63,845 nt of DNA from positions 1 to 63,845 of the forward strand of contig CAJAUT010000019.1 in the NCBI GenBank assembly GCA_903945195.1. Direction: 5' to 3'. The stretch's first letter is position 1, and the number at the start of each line of letters is the position of its first letter. Position numbers and translations under genes: made by a program. The notes under the pieces were generated by a model. That model had not been told where the DNA came from and did not search any database. It saw only the letters and a list, made by a program, of their open reading frames with translations. Of the stretch, positions 10,596-20,769 are shown piece after piece. This DNA comes from an uncultured bacterium (GTDB taxonomy: Bacteria; Patescibacteriota; Microgenomatia; UBA1400; UBA12108).

Positions 10596-10895
10596 TTACG
10601 CCATCCCTCCACCAAGTAGGCCTTTAAGTCCTCCAGACATTTCCTGGAGCTTCTTGGCAGCTACTTGCTGAGATTTCTTGATAGCGTCATTTAGGATCTT
10701 GACTAGTCTCTCTTCATATTTGCCATCAATAGTGACAGTCTCGACCTTTTGGTCACCTGTCATGACTACGCGGATCCCATTTTCTTCGACTTCGATCACT
10801 TCAGCCTGCAATTGTTTTTGCATCTGCACTGCCTGATCGCGGATTTTCTTTAGCTGACTTACTTGCTGACCCATTTGTTGGAATTTATCAAACAT
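10596..10895 (-). CDS. ybaB: YbaB/EbfC nucleoid-associated protein
   Basis: 99 aa between dnaX and recR (conserved synteny); AAGGAG RBS. Confidence 0.85.
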   Translation of the reverse strand: MFDKFQQMGQQVSQLKKIRDQAVQMQKQLQAEVIEVEENGIRVVMTGDQKVETVTIDGKYEERLVKILNDAIKKSQQVAAKKLQEMSGGLKGLLGGGMA

Positions 10896-10935
10896 AATTC
10901 TCCTTGTACTTTATAACTTTATAAACTTGACACTT

Positions 10936-12201
10936 TCAACTTGTGAAAATTGCCATTGCGTCATCTATTGTATCATCCTGCACCTCATTAGCTTTCGGTT
11001 TAGGTGGTGATATCTTCTCGCCCGACTTGAGTTTCTCCTTCATGATTTGCCAAGGAGACTTCTCTTCCTCTTTTTGCATCTGAGATTCTAGTTCCGATCT
11101 TTGCGCGATTTTAGGCGATAGATCGGAACTTTGCAGTTTTGATTTGAGAATTGGACCTGCCTGCGCCGGCAGGGAATTTATGATTTGAGAATTACTCTCA
11201 GTGTGGCCACACCACTCTACTATCGCCACTTGGATCAGAAGTTCCCCGTCCAGACTAGTAGCCAGTCTCCTAGCCACCTCATCCAGTGCAAAAATAAATT
11301 TAGACACTTCTATCTCCACTTCACTATTTAAAAGTTTATCTCTCAGCCCTCTCATGATCGACACAATCAGATAACTCATATCCACCCCGTTTGAGGTAGC
11401 CTCACTCAGTTGTTTTAGAGATTCTTTTACATCTCTTGATGCTAAAGCATTTACAAGGATCGTAACTTTGTAATTTGAACTTCCAGATACCACTAGCTCT
11501 ATATCAGATAGCTCTACACTATCAGCATTGGATAGTACCTGATCCAGTATCTTCACCCCGTCGCGAAACGAGCCATCAACCGCTTTAGACAGATACTCTA
11601 GCGCTTCACTACTCACTTTCTTGCCCTCACCCTTTATCACCCGCGCAAAAGATCTCTGCATCTCATCACTTGTTGCTTTTGTAAACTGTATCTGTGCACA
11701 CCTAGAGACAATAGTTTCTGGGACTTTGTGCAGTTCTGTCGTACAAAGGATAAATAGCGAGTGGCTTGGTGGCTCCTCCAGGGTCTTTAAGAGCGCGTTA
11801 AAAGCCTCAGTCGTAAGCATATGCACTTCATCGATGATATAGACTTTGCGAGGCAGTACAGCCGGCGCTAGGCGAATTTTTTCTTTTAGTTCCCTAATGT
11901 CATCGATACCGCGATTAGATGCGGCGTCAATTTCAATCACGTCCATAGCGCTACCATCGAGGATCGATTTACAGGCGCTACACTGATTGCACGGCTCTCC
12001 CAGTTTCCCTGAATTTTTTTCGCAGTTTACTACCCTGGCGAGTACTCGGGCAGTACTGGTCTTGCCAGCACCACGAGGACCAGTTAGTAGGTAAGCATGC
12101 CCCACATTGCCAGATTTGACCATGTCATTTAGGACTTTACGCACGCCTGAGAGATCTAATTCATCAATTGTCTTGGGTCTGTATTTGAGATAAAGATTCA
12201 T
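10936..12201 (-). CDS. dnaX: DNA polymerase III subunit gamma/tau
   Basis: LYLKYRP, GPRGAGKTS, EIDAASN, IIDEVHML and SRC motifs. Confidence 0.96.
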   Translation of the reverse strand: MNLYLKYRPKTIDELDLSGVRKVLNDMVKSGNVGHAYLLTGPRGAGKTSTARVLARVVNCEKNSGKLGEPCNQCSACKSILDGSAMDVIEIDAASNRGIDDIRELKEKIRLAPAVLPRKVYIIDEVHMLTTEAFNALLKTLEEPPSHSLFILCTTELHKVPETIVSRCAQIQFTKATSDEMQRSFARVIKGEGKKVSSEALEYLSKAVDGSFRDGVKILDQVLSNADSVELSDIELVVSGSSNYKVTILVNALASRDVKESLKQLSEATSNGVDMSYLIVSIMRGLRDKLLNSEVEIEVSKFIFALDEVARRLATSLDGELLIQVAIVEWCGHTESNSQIINSLPAQAGPILKSKLQSSDLSPKIAQRSELESQMQKEEEKSPWQIMKEKLKSGEKISPPKPKANEVQDDTIDDAMAIFTS

Positions 12202-12214
12202 GGATTACACTCTA

Positions 12215-12607
12215 TCATTCGTGGTGGTAGCCTAACAAGTGCATCAAACCGTGCTCTACTAGGAAATTGATCTGGGAGTCTAGCTTGCACTGCTTTTCTA
12301 GAGCTTCCTCTACCGCCACCGGGTAGCACACCACTATATCCCCTAGTCGCAGGATCCCATCAGGTGAGGCCATAAAAGGTCTGTCATCGCTTGGGTCATT
12401 TAGGGGGAAAGAGAGCACATCTGTAGGTCCTTCAATTTTCATATAAACTCTGTGGAGCTCAGACATTTTGCGTTTGCCCACAACTTGTATATCTACCTCT
12501 ATATTGTCGGTCAGACGATATTTGACTAGCACTTTAGTCAAATGTTCTCGCAACATTACACGATCAAATGGAAATTTTGCATCAGCTAGGATATTTATTG
12601 TAATCAT
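12215..12607 (-). CDS. ybeY: rRNA maturation endoribonuclease YbeY
   Basis: PTDVLSF and HGLMHLLGYHH motifs. Confidence 0.93.
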   Translation of the reverse strand: MITINILADAKFPFDRVMLREHLTKVLVKYRLTDNIEVDIQVVGKRKMSELHRVYMKIEGPTDVLSFPLNDPSDDRPFMASPDGILRLGDIVVCYPVAVEEALEKQCKLDSQINFLVEHGLMHLLGYHHE

Positions 12608-13041
12608 TTCGCAAAAAGTTCTTTAACAATCTTACTCACTGTTGCTCCATCCGATTGTCCAGACACCATTTTCATCGCTATCTTCATCACTTCCCCAAAA
12701 TTTGCAACTCCCGCAAGCTGTTTGCTGTTAGCTGTAAGCAGCTTTCGCACCTCATCTTCAGACATCATTTTTGGGAGATAATCTTCTATCAAATTTAGTT
12801 CGTATTGTTCTTGAGCAGCTTGTTCTTCACGACCCACTGCTTTGTAGGCCACGATCGACTCTCTTCTTTTTTTGGCTTCTTTAGAAAGTACTGCGACCAT
12901 CCCTTCATCATCCAAATCTGGTTTATCTACAACTACGTATTTTATGCTAGACACCATGAGGCGCAACGCATCAAGTCGAGCTTGATCACGGTTCCTCATG
13001 GCCGTCTTCATTTGATCCTGTAAATCGGTCAAAATACTCAT
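12604..13041 (-). CDS. yqeY: GatB/YqeY domain protein
   Basis: MKTAMR...KKRRESI...YLPK; follows rpsU. Confidence 0.88.
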   Translation of the reverse strand: MSILTDLQDQMKTAMRNRDQARLDALRLMVSSIKYVVVDKPDLDDEGMVAVLSKEAKKRRESIVAYKAVGREEQAAQEQYELNLIEDYLPKMMSEDEVRKLLTANSKQLAGVANFGEVMKIAMKMVSGQSDGATVSKIVKELFAK

Positions 13042-13256
13042 TATTTTTTCTTTGAGGCATTCATACGCTGCATACGATCAACGTATTTTTTACGTTTAAT
13101 TTCGTTGTTGCGTTCTTTGCGTAACATTGAAGGTGATTTGTGGAATTCGCGTTTGCGAGTCTCCTCTATCACGTTCTCTGTCATGACTTTTTTCTTAAAT
13201 CGTCGGATTACTCCGTCTGGTGACTCGTCTTTTTTAGCTTTTACTATAATTGGCAT
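13041..13256 (-). CDS. rpsU: 30S ribosomal protein S21
   Basis: IRRFKKKV...REFHKSPS basic motif. Confidence 0.88.
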   Translation of the reverse strand: MPIIVKAKKDESPDGVIRRFKKKVMTENVIEETRKREFHKSPSMLRKERNNEIKRKKYVDRMQRMNASKKK

Positions 13257-13258
13257 AT

Positions 13259-14107
13259 TTAAATAACACCTCCTTCAATCATCTCAAGTAGATCAGATGC
13301 AAAGAGCGAAGATTTTTCTTTCTTCTCCCCCTTGTCCGATCCTGAGAACAGCATGTGACCAGAATTATGGTATACCCATCTATTCTTGTCCTCACGCTCA
13401 GCTATTTTATCATACAAACTTATAAGTGGCAGCGTCACGGCCGGTGCCGTCTTGATTTTTAGATATCCATGCTTTGTATCTTCGATTATCACTATTTGGT
13501 ACCCCATTTTCTGAGCAGTCTTAGATACATCATCGGCTGCCGTCTTTACGACTATCCCCTTACCCCACAGACTCTCAAATTCCTCGCCTTCGTTCACTGC
13601 TTCTTTGCCCTTTTGCCAGTCTTTAAGCCTCTGGTACACCCCGTCTAGATACACAAATACCATCCTTAGCACAGCTTCGTTGTCATGAGTCTGGAGTCTA
13701 TGTAGCGCAGGTATGATCTCATGGAGCATAAATGCCATGCGTGGATGCTCGGTCCCTGGCCAGTAGCAGTCCGCAAAGGTATCTATCTCAAATGCAGTAC
13801 CTATCATTTCTTTAAGAGCCTCATCAGTTGCAGGTACTAAATTTTCAGCCACCAAGTCTTCAAGCACTAACTTTGCCGCACAAGTACTAAATCCACCGGG
13901 TTTGTGGTGATCCCATTTGCCACCACCTACGTCCACATGTACGATGTTTGGATCATTGTCTGGCGGGAGGTTTTTGTAAGTGGTAGGAGCAGGCACAAAC
14001 TCAAATTTTGCATCCCCATATTGTGGCTGGTTAAAGCGTACAAGCAGCCACGCACTCATGATGGCATCTAGATCTGGGTGAATATGGGTAACAATTAGTT
14101 TGGTCAT
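13259..14107 (-). CDS. MYG1/DHH-superfamily phosphoesterase-like protein
   Basis: VTH..PDLD and DVGGGKWDHH motifs. Confidence 0.6.
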   Translation of the reverse strand: MTKLIVTHIHPDLDAIMSAWLLVRFNQPQYGDAKFEFVPAPTTYKNLPPDNDPNIVHVDVGGGKWDHHKPGGFSTCAAKLVLEDLVAENLVPATDEALKEMIGTAFEIDTFADCYWPGTEHPRMAFMLHEIIPALHRLQTHDNEAVLRMVFVYLDGVYQRLKDWQKGKEAVNEGEEFESLWGKGIVVKTAADDVSKTAQKMGYQIVIIEDTKHGYLKIKTAPAVTLPLISLYDKIAEREDKNRWVYHNSGHMLFSGSDKGEKKEKSSLFASDLLEMIEGGVI

Positions 14108-14119
14108 GCCCCTATTGTA

Positions 14120-15196
14120 CTATGAAAAAAACAAATCTTTGACCGTGGCAAAAAGCATGAGGCCGATCAGTAGGATCATGCCGATACTGTTTAGATAACC
14201 CTCAAACTTCACCACTCTCTTGCGGCCTATTACTTTTTCTAGCCCCACAAACAGTAGTCTCCCACCGTCAAGTGCTGGGATAGGCAGTAGATTAAATATC
14301 GCAAGGTTTAGCGAGATGATTCCCGCAAATCGTACCATCGTCAGCCAGCCTTCTTTTGCTGCGCTTTCGCCGACTTTAACGACAGCCACAGGACCGCTCA
14401 CATTTTTCACTAGTTCAACAGGATGCATAAAGATTCGCAAAAACTCGCGACTCCACCCAATTGCTTCCTTCATCCCTTCTCTCGCCCCGTAGATCGGTGC
14501 CATGTACCACACGAGCTTCTCGTACTCAAATATAGGCACGCTCGCCACACCTACTCCAAGCGCTCCTTCACCAACCGGTGGATTTTCTCTAGGGATCACA
14601 CTTACTTGTCTAGAATTTTCACTGCGCTGACCATTTGCATCGACTTTAGCTAGATATAGAGATACCGATTTACCTTTATTCTCCTTAATAAGCTCTACAA
14701 ATTTTTCAGATTCCGTAATCTCAGTATCCCCTACCTTCACAAGCACCTCGCCTACCGTGATATCTGCTAGTTTGGCGGGACTTCCCTCTGTGACCTGGGT
14801 CACCATTACCTGTCTACCCACTTCTTTTGGTATTCCCATCTTCGTATATATGAGAGAAAAACAAGCAATGCCAATTAGGAAATTCATGACTACTCCGGCA
14901 ATGATGACGAGCGCCCTCTGCCAAGCAGGCTTGGCAAAAAACATATGACCGTGGGTGAGCGGATTGATCCTCTGCCACAGCGTAGGATCTGTCTCTTCTC
15001 CCGCTAGTCGCACAAAACCACCAATAGGCAGCCAGTTAAGTGTGTACTCCGTTTCTTTGTGTTTAAAAATCTTTAGAGCTTTGGGAGGTAGTCCTATCCC
15101 AAACTCTAGTACATGGATCCCAAACAATTTGGCGATTAAAAAATGCCCAAGCTCATGAAGGAGTACTAAAAGCGACAAAACCAAAATCGTAGTCAT
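14120..15196 (-). CDS. rseP: RIP metalloprotease RseP (M50 with PDZ domain)
   Basis: HELGH, LPIGGFV, PDZ domain and NLLPIPALDGG. Confidence 0.9.
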   Translation of the reverse strand: MTTILVLSLLVLLHELGHFLIAKLFGIHVLEFGIGLPPKALKIFKHKETEYTLNWLPIGGFVRLAGEETDPTLWQRINPLTHGHMFFAKPAWQRALVIIAGVVMNFLIGIACFSLIYTKMGIPKEVGRQVMVTQVTEGSPAKLADITVGEVLVKVGDTEITESEKFVELIKENKGKSVSLYLAKVDANGQRSENSRQVSVIPRENPPVGEGALGVGVASVPIFEYEKLVWYMAPIYGAREGMKEAIGWSREFLRIFMHPVELVKNVSGPVAVVKVGESAAKEGWLTMVRFAGIISLNLAIFNLLPIPALDGGRLLFVGLEKVIGRKRVVKFEGYLNSIGMILLIGLMLFATVKDLFFS

Positions 15197-15224
15197 TGGA
15201 TTATATTATCACGGATGCGACCTT

Positions 15225-15280
15225 CAAGGTCTGACCTTGTAGTCATATTGTCTTATTAAGATTCCTACGAGGTCAGACCT
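15225..15280. repeat. REP-like AGGTCWGACCT inverted doublet
   Basis: caaggtctgaccttg at 15225-15239 and aggtcagacct at 15270-15280. Confidence 0.7.
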
Positions 15281-15288
15281 TATGGGAA

Positions 15289-15735
15289 CTATAAGCAAGC
15301 AATGGACACTACTTTGATATTCTCTCCAGTTTTGCCAGAGATGAGTTTGATCAAAGCTTCGATGGTCTTGCTTGTGTCTTTAAGGAAATCTTGCTTGAGG
15401 AGCTCTTCGATCGTCTCCGGCTTCATCGAAGCTACCTGCATCGCTATCTCTTTGCCTAGATTTTGGAAATCCTCAGTCTTAGCGACAAAATCGGTCTCAC
15501 AAGCTAGTTTCACTAGTGATCCTACCTTGCCGTTAAAATGAACGTAAGAAAAGACATAACCAGCTTCGGTAGTACGATCAGATTTTTCGGCCGCTCTCTT
15601 CATACCCTTTTTCTCTAGCCAAGCTTTGGCTTTTTTGGTATCGCCGTCAGACTCAGTCAAGGCTTTGCGCACATCCATGATGCCAGCGCCAGTCTCTTCA
15701 CGCAAGGTTTTGATTTGATCTACTGTAATTGTCAT
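15289..15735 (-). CDS. tsf: Elongation factor Ts (short form)
   Basis: LREETGAG and CETDFVA motifs; directly after rpsB. Confidence 0.95.
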   Translation of the reverse strand: MTITVDQIKTLREETGAGIMDVRKALTESDGDTKKAKAWLEKKGMKRAAEKSDRTTEAGYVFSYVHFNGKVGSLVKLACETDFVAKTEDFQNLGKEIAMQVASMKPETIEELLKQDFLKDTSKTIEALIKLISGKTGENIKVVSIACL

Positions 15736-15736
15736 A

Positions 15737-16645
15737 TTATTTCCTCTCCTTGTTTAGTTTGAGCCCTTTCTCTACTGCTGCAGTGATAGCCATAACTAGC
15801 ATCACGACAGATTTTAGAGCATCATCATTTGCTGGGATCACTTTGGCAATACCTGTTGGGTCACCATTGGTATCTACGATAGCCACAACTGGGATAGCAC
15901 GGTGAGTAGACTCACGCATAGCAGTGATTTCGCGGGTTGGATCTACGATAAAGACTGCTTTAGGTAGTCCTTTAAGAGTTACTAGTCCACCATACATGCG
16001 CTCTAAGCGGTCAATCTCGCGCTTTAGCAGTACTTGCTCTTTTTTGGTGTATTTTTTGTATTCACCGGCTTCGTACTTTTTCTTCATGTCTACGAGTTTG
16101 TCTACGCGAGTTTTGATCTGTTCCCAGTTGGTAAATAAACCGCCAACCCAGTGAGTAGTCATAAATGCTACACCTAGTCTCTCAGCTTCTGCTTTGATCG
16201 TGTCAGCTGCTTGGGCTTTGGTTCCAACAAGGAGGATTTCGCCGCCCTTGGAGATCACGTCTGCCAAGTAGTTGCAGGCATCAGACAACATAGATCTGGT
16301 CTGGACCAAGTCAAAGATCTGGACACCATTTTTAACAGCATAAACATAATCATCCATACGTGGGTTGCGACGTTTGATCGAGTGACCAAAATGTACGCCA
16401 GCCTCTAGCATGTCTTTAAGTGATGGGAGTTTTTCAAATTCCACAGAAACTTTTACTTCTTTCTGTGCCCCTAGCGTAGCCGTAGGCGTAGTGGGGTCGA
16501 CTTTTTCCACGACAGGAGCTGCAACAACTTTCGCCTCTACTTTTTTCTCTACTACTTTTGCAATTTTCTCTGCCTTTGGTGTTTCCGACTTGACGGACTT
16601 TACAGACTTGACGGACTTTTCACTAACTCTCTTGGCGACTGCCAT
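15737..16645 (-). CDS. rpsB: 30S ribosomal protein S2 with low-complexity N-terminal extension
   Basis: MLEAGVHFGH, WVGGLFTN and PANDD motifs. Confidence 0.96.
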   Translation of the reverse strand: MAVAKRVSEKSVKSVKSVKSETPKAEKIAKVVEKKVEAKVVAAPVVEKVDPTTPTATLGAQKEVKVSVEFEKLPSLKDMLEAGVHFGHSIKRRNPRMDDYVYAVKNGVQIFDLVQTRSMLSDACNYLADVISKGGEILLVGTKAQAADTIKAEAERLGVAFMTTHWVGGLFTNWEQIKTRVDKLVDMKKKYEAGEYKKYTKKEQVLLKREIDRLERMYGGLVTLKGLPKAVFIVDPTREITAMRESTHRAIPVVAIVDTNGDPTGIAKVIPANDDALKSVVMLVMAITAAVEKGLKLNKERK

Positions 16646-16753
16646 ATGTTTATCTCCTTAAACTTCTCTAAAGACCCTACTAATGCAGGAGATTTGTCTC
16701 TAGATGTAAATTTTTATAACTCTGGAATTATAGCACAAAACTCAAATCATTAA

Positions 16754-16933
16754 CTATTTTTTTCCATAATACGAATCATCCACAGCTTTATTATGCTCAC
16801 TCTCACTTATCTCTAATGCTCGTAATAATTCCTCCCAAGCATAAGGTTCGTTGTAGTTCTCCTCTAACCATTTTGCCACGGCTTGCACCACCGTTCGTGG
16901 TTTTTCTTCCCCTATAATCAAAATTTCAGCCAT
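16754..16933 (-). CDS. Hypothetical 59-aa protein (not in the ORF track)
   Basis: Hand translation: MAEILIIGEEKPRTVVQAVAKWLEENYNEPYAWEELLRALEISESEHNKAVDDSYYGKK; it fills the folD-rpsB gap. Confidence 0.5.
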   Translation of the reverse strand: MAEILIIGEEKPRTVVQAVAKWLEENYNEPYAWEELLRALEISESEHNKAVDDSYYGKK

Positions 16934-16995
16934 ATACGATATCTACTATTATTCTAATAAGCTACCAAGCATAACAATATTCACAACTATCAGTC

Positions 16996-17751
16996 TTATT
17001 TACATAAATAAACTGCATTTTGCATAAGACACGCTATTGTAACAGGTCCGATGCCTCCTGGCACCTCTACAGACACACTTGCCTTGTCATAAGCATCTCT
17101 CGCCATATCTCCCCGCGGCGCTCCTACATCTATAAGTATCACACCATCTCTTACCATATCCCCTGTCACCACACCTTCTTTTCCCACACAACTAATCACG
17201 ATGTCACCTTGCAGTACCAAATCCTTGGCATTTTGAGTATCTGAGTCGACTTTTATTACCTCTTTCCCCATTTTCTCTAATTCTAGACATGTCGCACTCC
17301 CCACAAACCCACTAGCTCCTATCACCACAAATTTCTCTGGGTTTCCCCCTATCTTCTCCACCACATCGAGTATTGCCTTAACGACTGGTGGTACTACACC
17401 CGACTCTGGATATCTGAGTCCATCCACATCTTTGTTTAATGGGATAGTCTCAAGTATATCCTTCAGCGCCTGTCCCGAAATGCCAGGAACTGGGAGTTGC
17501 AACATAATACCTGTTACTTCATCTCTCTTGGCTATCTCTTCAATCTCATTACCTAATAAATCTAGCTTTACTATCTCAAAGTCGATTCCTACTCGCTCTG
17601 CCGCTGCTTTCTTGAGTTTGGTATAGAGCGCACTAGCTGGATCATCTCCCACAAGAACGCTTACTATCCTAGGTTTTTTTGCAAGGATCGTAACTTTGTT
17701 TTTTACTTTAGCCTCTATTTCCTCTGCAAATGCTTTTCCATCAAATTTCAT
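16996..17751 (-). CDS. folD: Methylenetetrahydrofolate dehydrogenase/cyclohydrolase
   Basis: DGK, QLP, KDVDG and VPGGIGPVT motifs. Confidence 0.9.
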   Translation of the reverse strand: MKFDGKAFAEEIEAKVKNKVTILAKKPRIVSVLVGDDPASALYTKLKKAAAERVGIDFEIVKLDLLGNEIEEIAKRDEVTGIMLQLPVPGISGQALKDILETIPLNKDVDGLRYPESGVVPPVVKAILDVVEKIGGNPEKFVVIGASGFVGSATCLELEKMGKEVIKVDSDTQNAKDLVLQGDIVISCVGKEGVVTGDMVRDGVILIDVGAPRGDMARDAYDKASVSVEVPGGIGPVTIACLMQNAVYLCK

Positions 17752-17758
17752 GAGGTTA

Positions 17759-18271
17759 TTATACCCGTTCGAGAGTCAGGTAGCGGTACTTGATCCCATT
17801 TTCTTCGTGGGGATCATCCGACAGGACTTTTTTAAACTCACTATATTCAGGGAAAAAAGCATCACCATCTACTTCCAACTCAACTTTTGTTAGATAAATC
17901 CTAGAGACCTCCCCTAAAGTTTGCGCAAATATCGTAGCCCCACCAGCAACATACGCTTCATCACTCTCTATTTCTTTCGCTTTAGCTATTGCCTCTTCCA
18001 CACTATGACACACGTAGCACTTTGGTAGATCAACTACGTAATCAGTATTTTTGGTCAAAATGATTTGGTTGCGGTCTGGCAGTGCCTTCCCTCTCGACTC
18101 ATAGGCATGACGCAGTTGCTCAAAAGTAGTCCTGCCCACTATGATTGTTTTACCTTCGGTCATTAGACGAAATCTACGCAAATCATCTTTAATATGCCAG
18201 GCTAGTTCATTGCCTTTACCGATCACTCCGTTATGAGCAACCGCGACAATCATCGAGATTCGAGGTGTCAT
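17759..18271 (-). CDS. folA: Dihydrofolate reductase
   Basis: NGVIG...W, GRTT, LPDR and GDAFFP motifs. Confidence 0.93.
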   Translation of the reverse strand: MTPRISMIVAVAHNGVIGKGNELAWHIKDDLRRFRLMTEGKTIIVGRTTFEQLRHAYESRGKALPDRNQIILTKNTDYVVDLPKCYVCHSVEEAIAKAKEIESDEAYVAGGATIFAQTLGEVSRIYLTKVELEVDGDAFFPEYSEFKKVLSDDPHEENGIKYRYLTLERV

Positions 18272-18274
18272 TTT

Positions 18275-19243
18275 TTAAAATCCTCCCACCACCGTTATAT
18301 CACCTTTGATAGCTGGATGTGGATCATAACCAACTAGCTCAAAGTCGCTAAACTTGAAGTCATCAATATTTTTCACATTTGGGTTGATCTTGATTGTGGG
18401 GAAATCCTTTGGCACTCTCTTTAGCTGTTCTTTACACTGATTTAGATGATTTTCGTAAATATGCACGTCGCCTAGTACATGCACAAACTCTCCTGGCTCA
18501 TATCCAGTCACCTGCGCAATGAGCATGGTAAGTAGAGCATAAGAAGCAATGTTAAATGGCACACCTAGAAATAGGTCTGCGCTACGCTGGTAAAGAAGGA
18601 GTGACAATTTTTTACCTGTGATATTTATATGAAACATTGTGTGGCAAGGCGCAATCACCATCGAAGCCGAATGTGACCCAGACATCTCGTAGATACACCC
18701 AGCGTTCCAGGCAGAGACTATGTAATGTTTCTTTTGTGGATATTTCTTGATTTTCTCTATCGCCCAGCCGAGTTGATCCACTTCTTTCATTTCTCCAGTT
18801 TCATCATCATGAGCCGGCCACTTACGCCACTGGACCCCGTACACCGGTCCTAGTTCTCCCCACTGTTCGATGAATTTGGCATCACTTTTTGCTCGTGCCA
18901 TAAATTCTTCGTAGGTCAACACTTCTGTGGCTTTACCTTCTTTTATAGCCCACTCATATTTTTTAAAAGCCCACTCATCCCAGATATGCACATCATTGTC
19001 TACCAAATACTTGATGTTGTTTGATCCAGATAAAAACCAAATAAGCTCGTGGATGATCCCACGGGTAAAGACTTTTTTGGTAGTCAGTACTGGCAGCCCT
19101 TTTGATAAATCGTATCTACAGATTCGTCCAAACACACTCTTTAGCTTCACGCCTGTCGAGTGACTCACTTTCCACTCACCATTTTTCATGATGTCTTTCA
19201 TGAGATCTAGATATTGATATTCTGGGTGTTTTACTTTTGGCAT
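18275..19243 (-). CDS. thyA: Thymidylate synthase
   Basis: LGPVYGVQWR, APCH and YQRSADLFLGVPFN; ATG at 19243 preferred over the TTG at 19273. Confidence 0.95.
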   Translation of the reverse strand: MPKVKHPEYQYLDLMKDIMKNGEWKVSHSTGVKLKSVFGRICRYDLSKGLPVLTTKKVFTRGIIHELIWFLSGSNNIKYLVDNDVHIWDEWAFKKYEWAIKEGKATEVLTYEEFMARAKSDAKFIEQWGELGPVYGVQWRKWPAHDDETGEMKEVDQLGWAIEKIKKYPQKKHYIVSAWNAGCIYEMSGSHSASMVIAPCHTMFHINITGKKLSLLLYQRSADLFLGVPFNIASYALLTMLIAQVTGYEPGEFVHVLGDVHIYENHLNQCKEQLKRVPKDFPTIKINPNVKNIDDFKFSDFELVGYDPHPAIKGDITVVGGF

Positions 19244-19322
19244 ACTTTGAGCCCTTTCAATCAAATAATTCAAATGTATATAATCGATCTTATCATGATA
19301 TAAATCTCCCTTGACTCATGCG

Positions 19323-19412
19323 TGCAGATTTCTTAGAAATTTTCAGCACGCAACCATCCATCTGGGCAGCCAGATGACGATGTGAGTACTGCAAAATGAG
19401 AAGAAAGCTGCA
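19323..19412. repeat. Structured intergenic motif family B, copy 1
   Basis: 38-nt core 19349-19386 matches 39422-39459 with one mismatch; it sits in a long imperfect hairpin. Confidence 0.75.
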
Positions 19413-19434
19413 ATATTTAAAAAAAGGAGCACAC

Positions 19435-20760
19435 ATGTCAAATCTACAAACCCAAGATCCCATCATCTCAAAAGCGATTGAAGCAGAGGCAAAACGCCAA
19501 TTTGAAGGTCTAGAGCTCATCCCGAGCGAAAACTATGTCTCAGAGTCAGTCCTAGAAGCAATGGGTAGCATCCTCACCAACAAATACTCAGAAGGCTTCG
19601 CCGGTCATCGCTACTATGGTGGCAACACTCATATCGATGTCATAGAGCAAGAAGCTATCGACAGAGCCAAGGCCCTGTTTGGTGTAGAGCACGTCAATGT
19701 CCAGCCTTACTCAGGATCTCCCGCCAACTTTGCTGTCTACAACGCAGTCCTAGAGCCAGGCGACCCAGTCTCTGGTATGAATCTCCTGGATGGTGGCCAT
19801 CTCACGCACGGATGGAAAGTCTCCGCGACAGCCAAGTTTTTTGAGTCACATCCTTATCACGTCTTGCCAAATGGTCACACCGATTTTGAAGAGTTAAAAA
19901 GAATCGCTAAAGAATTCAAACCCAAGCTCATCTGGTGTGGCGCGACAGCCTATCCACGTACGATCGAGTTTGCCCAGTTTGCCGAGATTGCTGACTCAAT
20001 CGGTGCCTACCTAGTCGCCGATATCTCTCACATCTCAGGACTCGTCGCCGCAGGCGTACACGAAAGTCCCGTACCATACGTCCACATAGTTACAACCACC
20101 ACCCACAAGACGCTCCGTGGTCCACGCGGCGCCATGATCATGGTCACCAAAAAGGGTTTAGAAAAAGATCCAGGTCTTGCTAGCAAAATCGACAAAGCTA
20201 TCTTTCCAGGACTCCAAGGTGGGCCACACAATCACACCACAGCCGCCATCGCAGTAGCTCTTAAAGAGGCAGCCACCCCAGAGTTTAAAGAATATGCTAA
20301 ACAGATAGTCAAAAATACCAAGACTTTAGAGCAAGAATTTAGCAAAGCAGGCATCAAAATGGTGTCTGGCGGTAGCGACAATCATCTCCTACTTCTAGAT
20401 CTCTCTGTAAATGGCACGCTCGGCAGCCAGCTAGAATACGCCATGGACGTCGCCCACATGACCGCCAACAAAAACACAATTCCAGGGGAAAAGAGCTCTC
20501 CCTACTACCCTTCAGGCCTTCGCCTAGGGACACCAGCTTTAACCACAAGAGGTTTTAAAGAAGCAGATATGGTCCATGTGGCCGACTGGATAGTCCGTGT
20601 GATCCACCACATCGAAGGTGATGCACTTCCAAAAGAACAGTCAGAGCGCGCAGGATTTATCAAAGCGATTCATACTAAATATGACGCCGATCCATTCCTC
20701 AAAAAGATTGGAGAGGAAATCAAATCCTACACCAAAGCCTTCCCGATCCCTGGGATCTAA
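19435..20760 (+). CDS. glyA: Serine hydroxymethyltransferase
   Basis: LIPSEN, TNKYSEG, TTTHKTLRGPRG and GLRLGT; AAGGAG precedes ATG 19435. Confidence 0.97.
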   Translation: MSNLQTQDPIISKAIEAEAKRQFEGLELIPSENYVSESVLEAMGSILTNKYSEGFAGHRYYGGNTHIDVIEQEAIDRAKALFGVEHVNVQPYSGSPANFAVYNAVLEPGDPVSGMNLLDGGHLTHGWKVSATAKFFESHPYHVLPNGHTDFEELKRIAKEFKPKLIWCGATAYPRTIEFAQFAEIADSIGAYLVADISHISGLVAAGVHESPVPYVHIVTTTTHKTLRGPRGAMIMVTKKGLEKDPGLASKIDKAIFPGLQGGPHNHTTAAIAVALKEAATPEFKEYAKQIVKNTKTLEQEFSKAGIKMVSGGSDNHLLLLDLSVNGTLGSQLEYAMDVAHMTANKNTIPGEKSSPYYPSGLRLGTPALTTRGFKEADMVHVADWIVRVIHHIEGDALPKEQSERAGFIKAIHTKYDADPFLKKIGEEIKSYTKAFPIPGI

Positions 20761-20769
20761 ATATTTGGT

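Noticed and set aside
15289..15735. tsf as a pseudogene because it is only 148 aa
   Set aside because: Motifs, start and stop are intact, and short EF-Ts forms are known.
19323..19412. THF or ZTP riboswitch upstream of glyA/thyA
   Set aside because: It lacks those consensus motifs, and a near-identical copy lies between dprA and pth.
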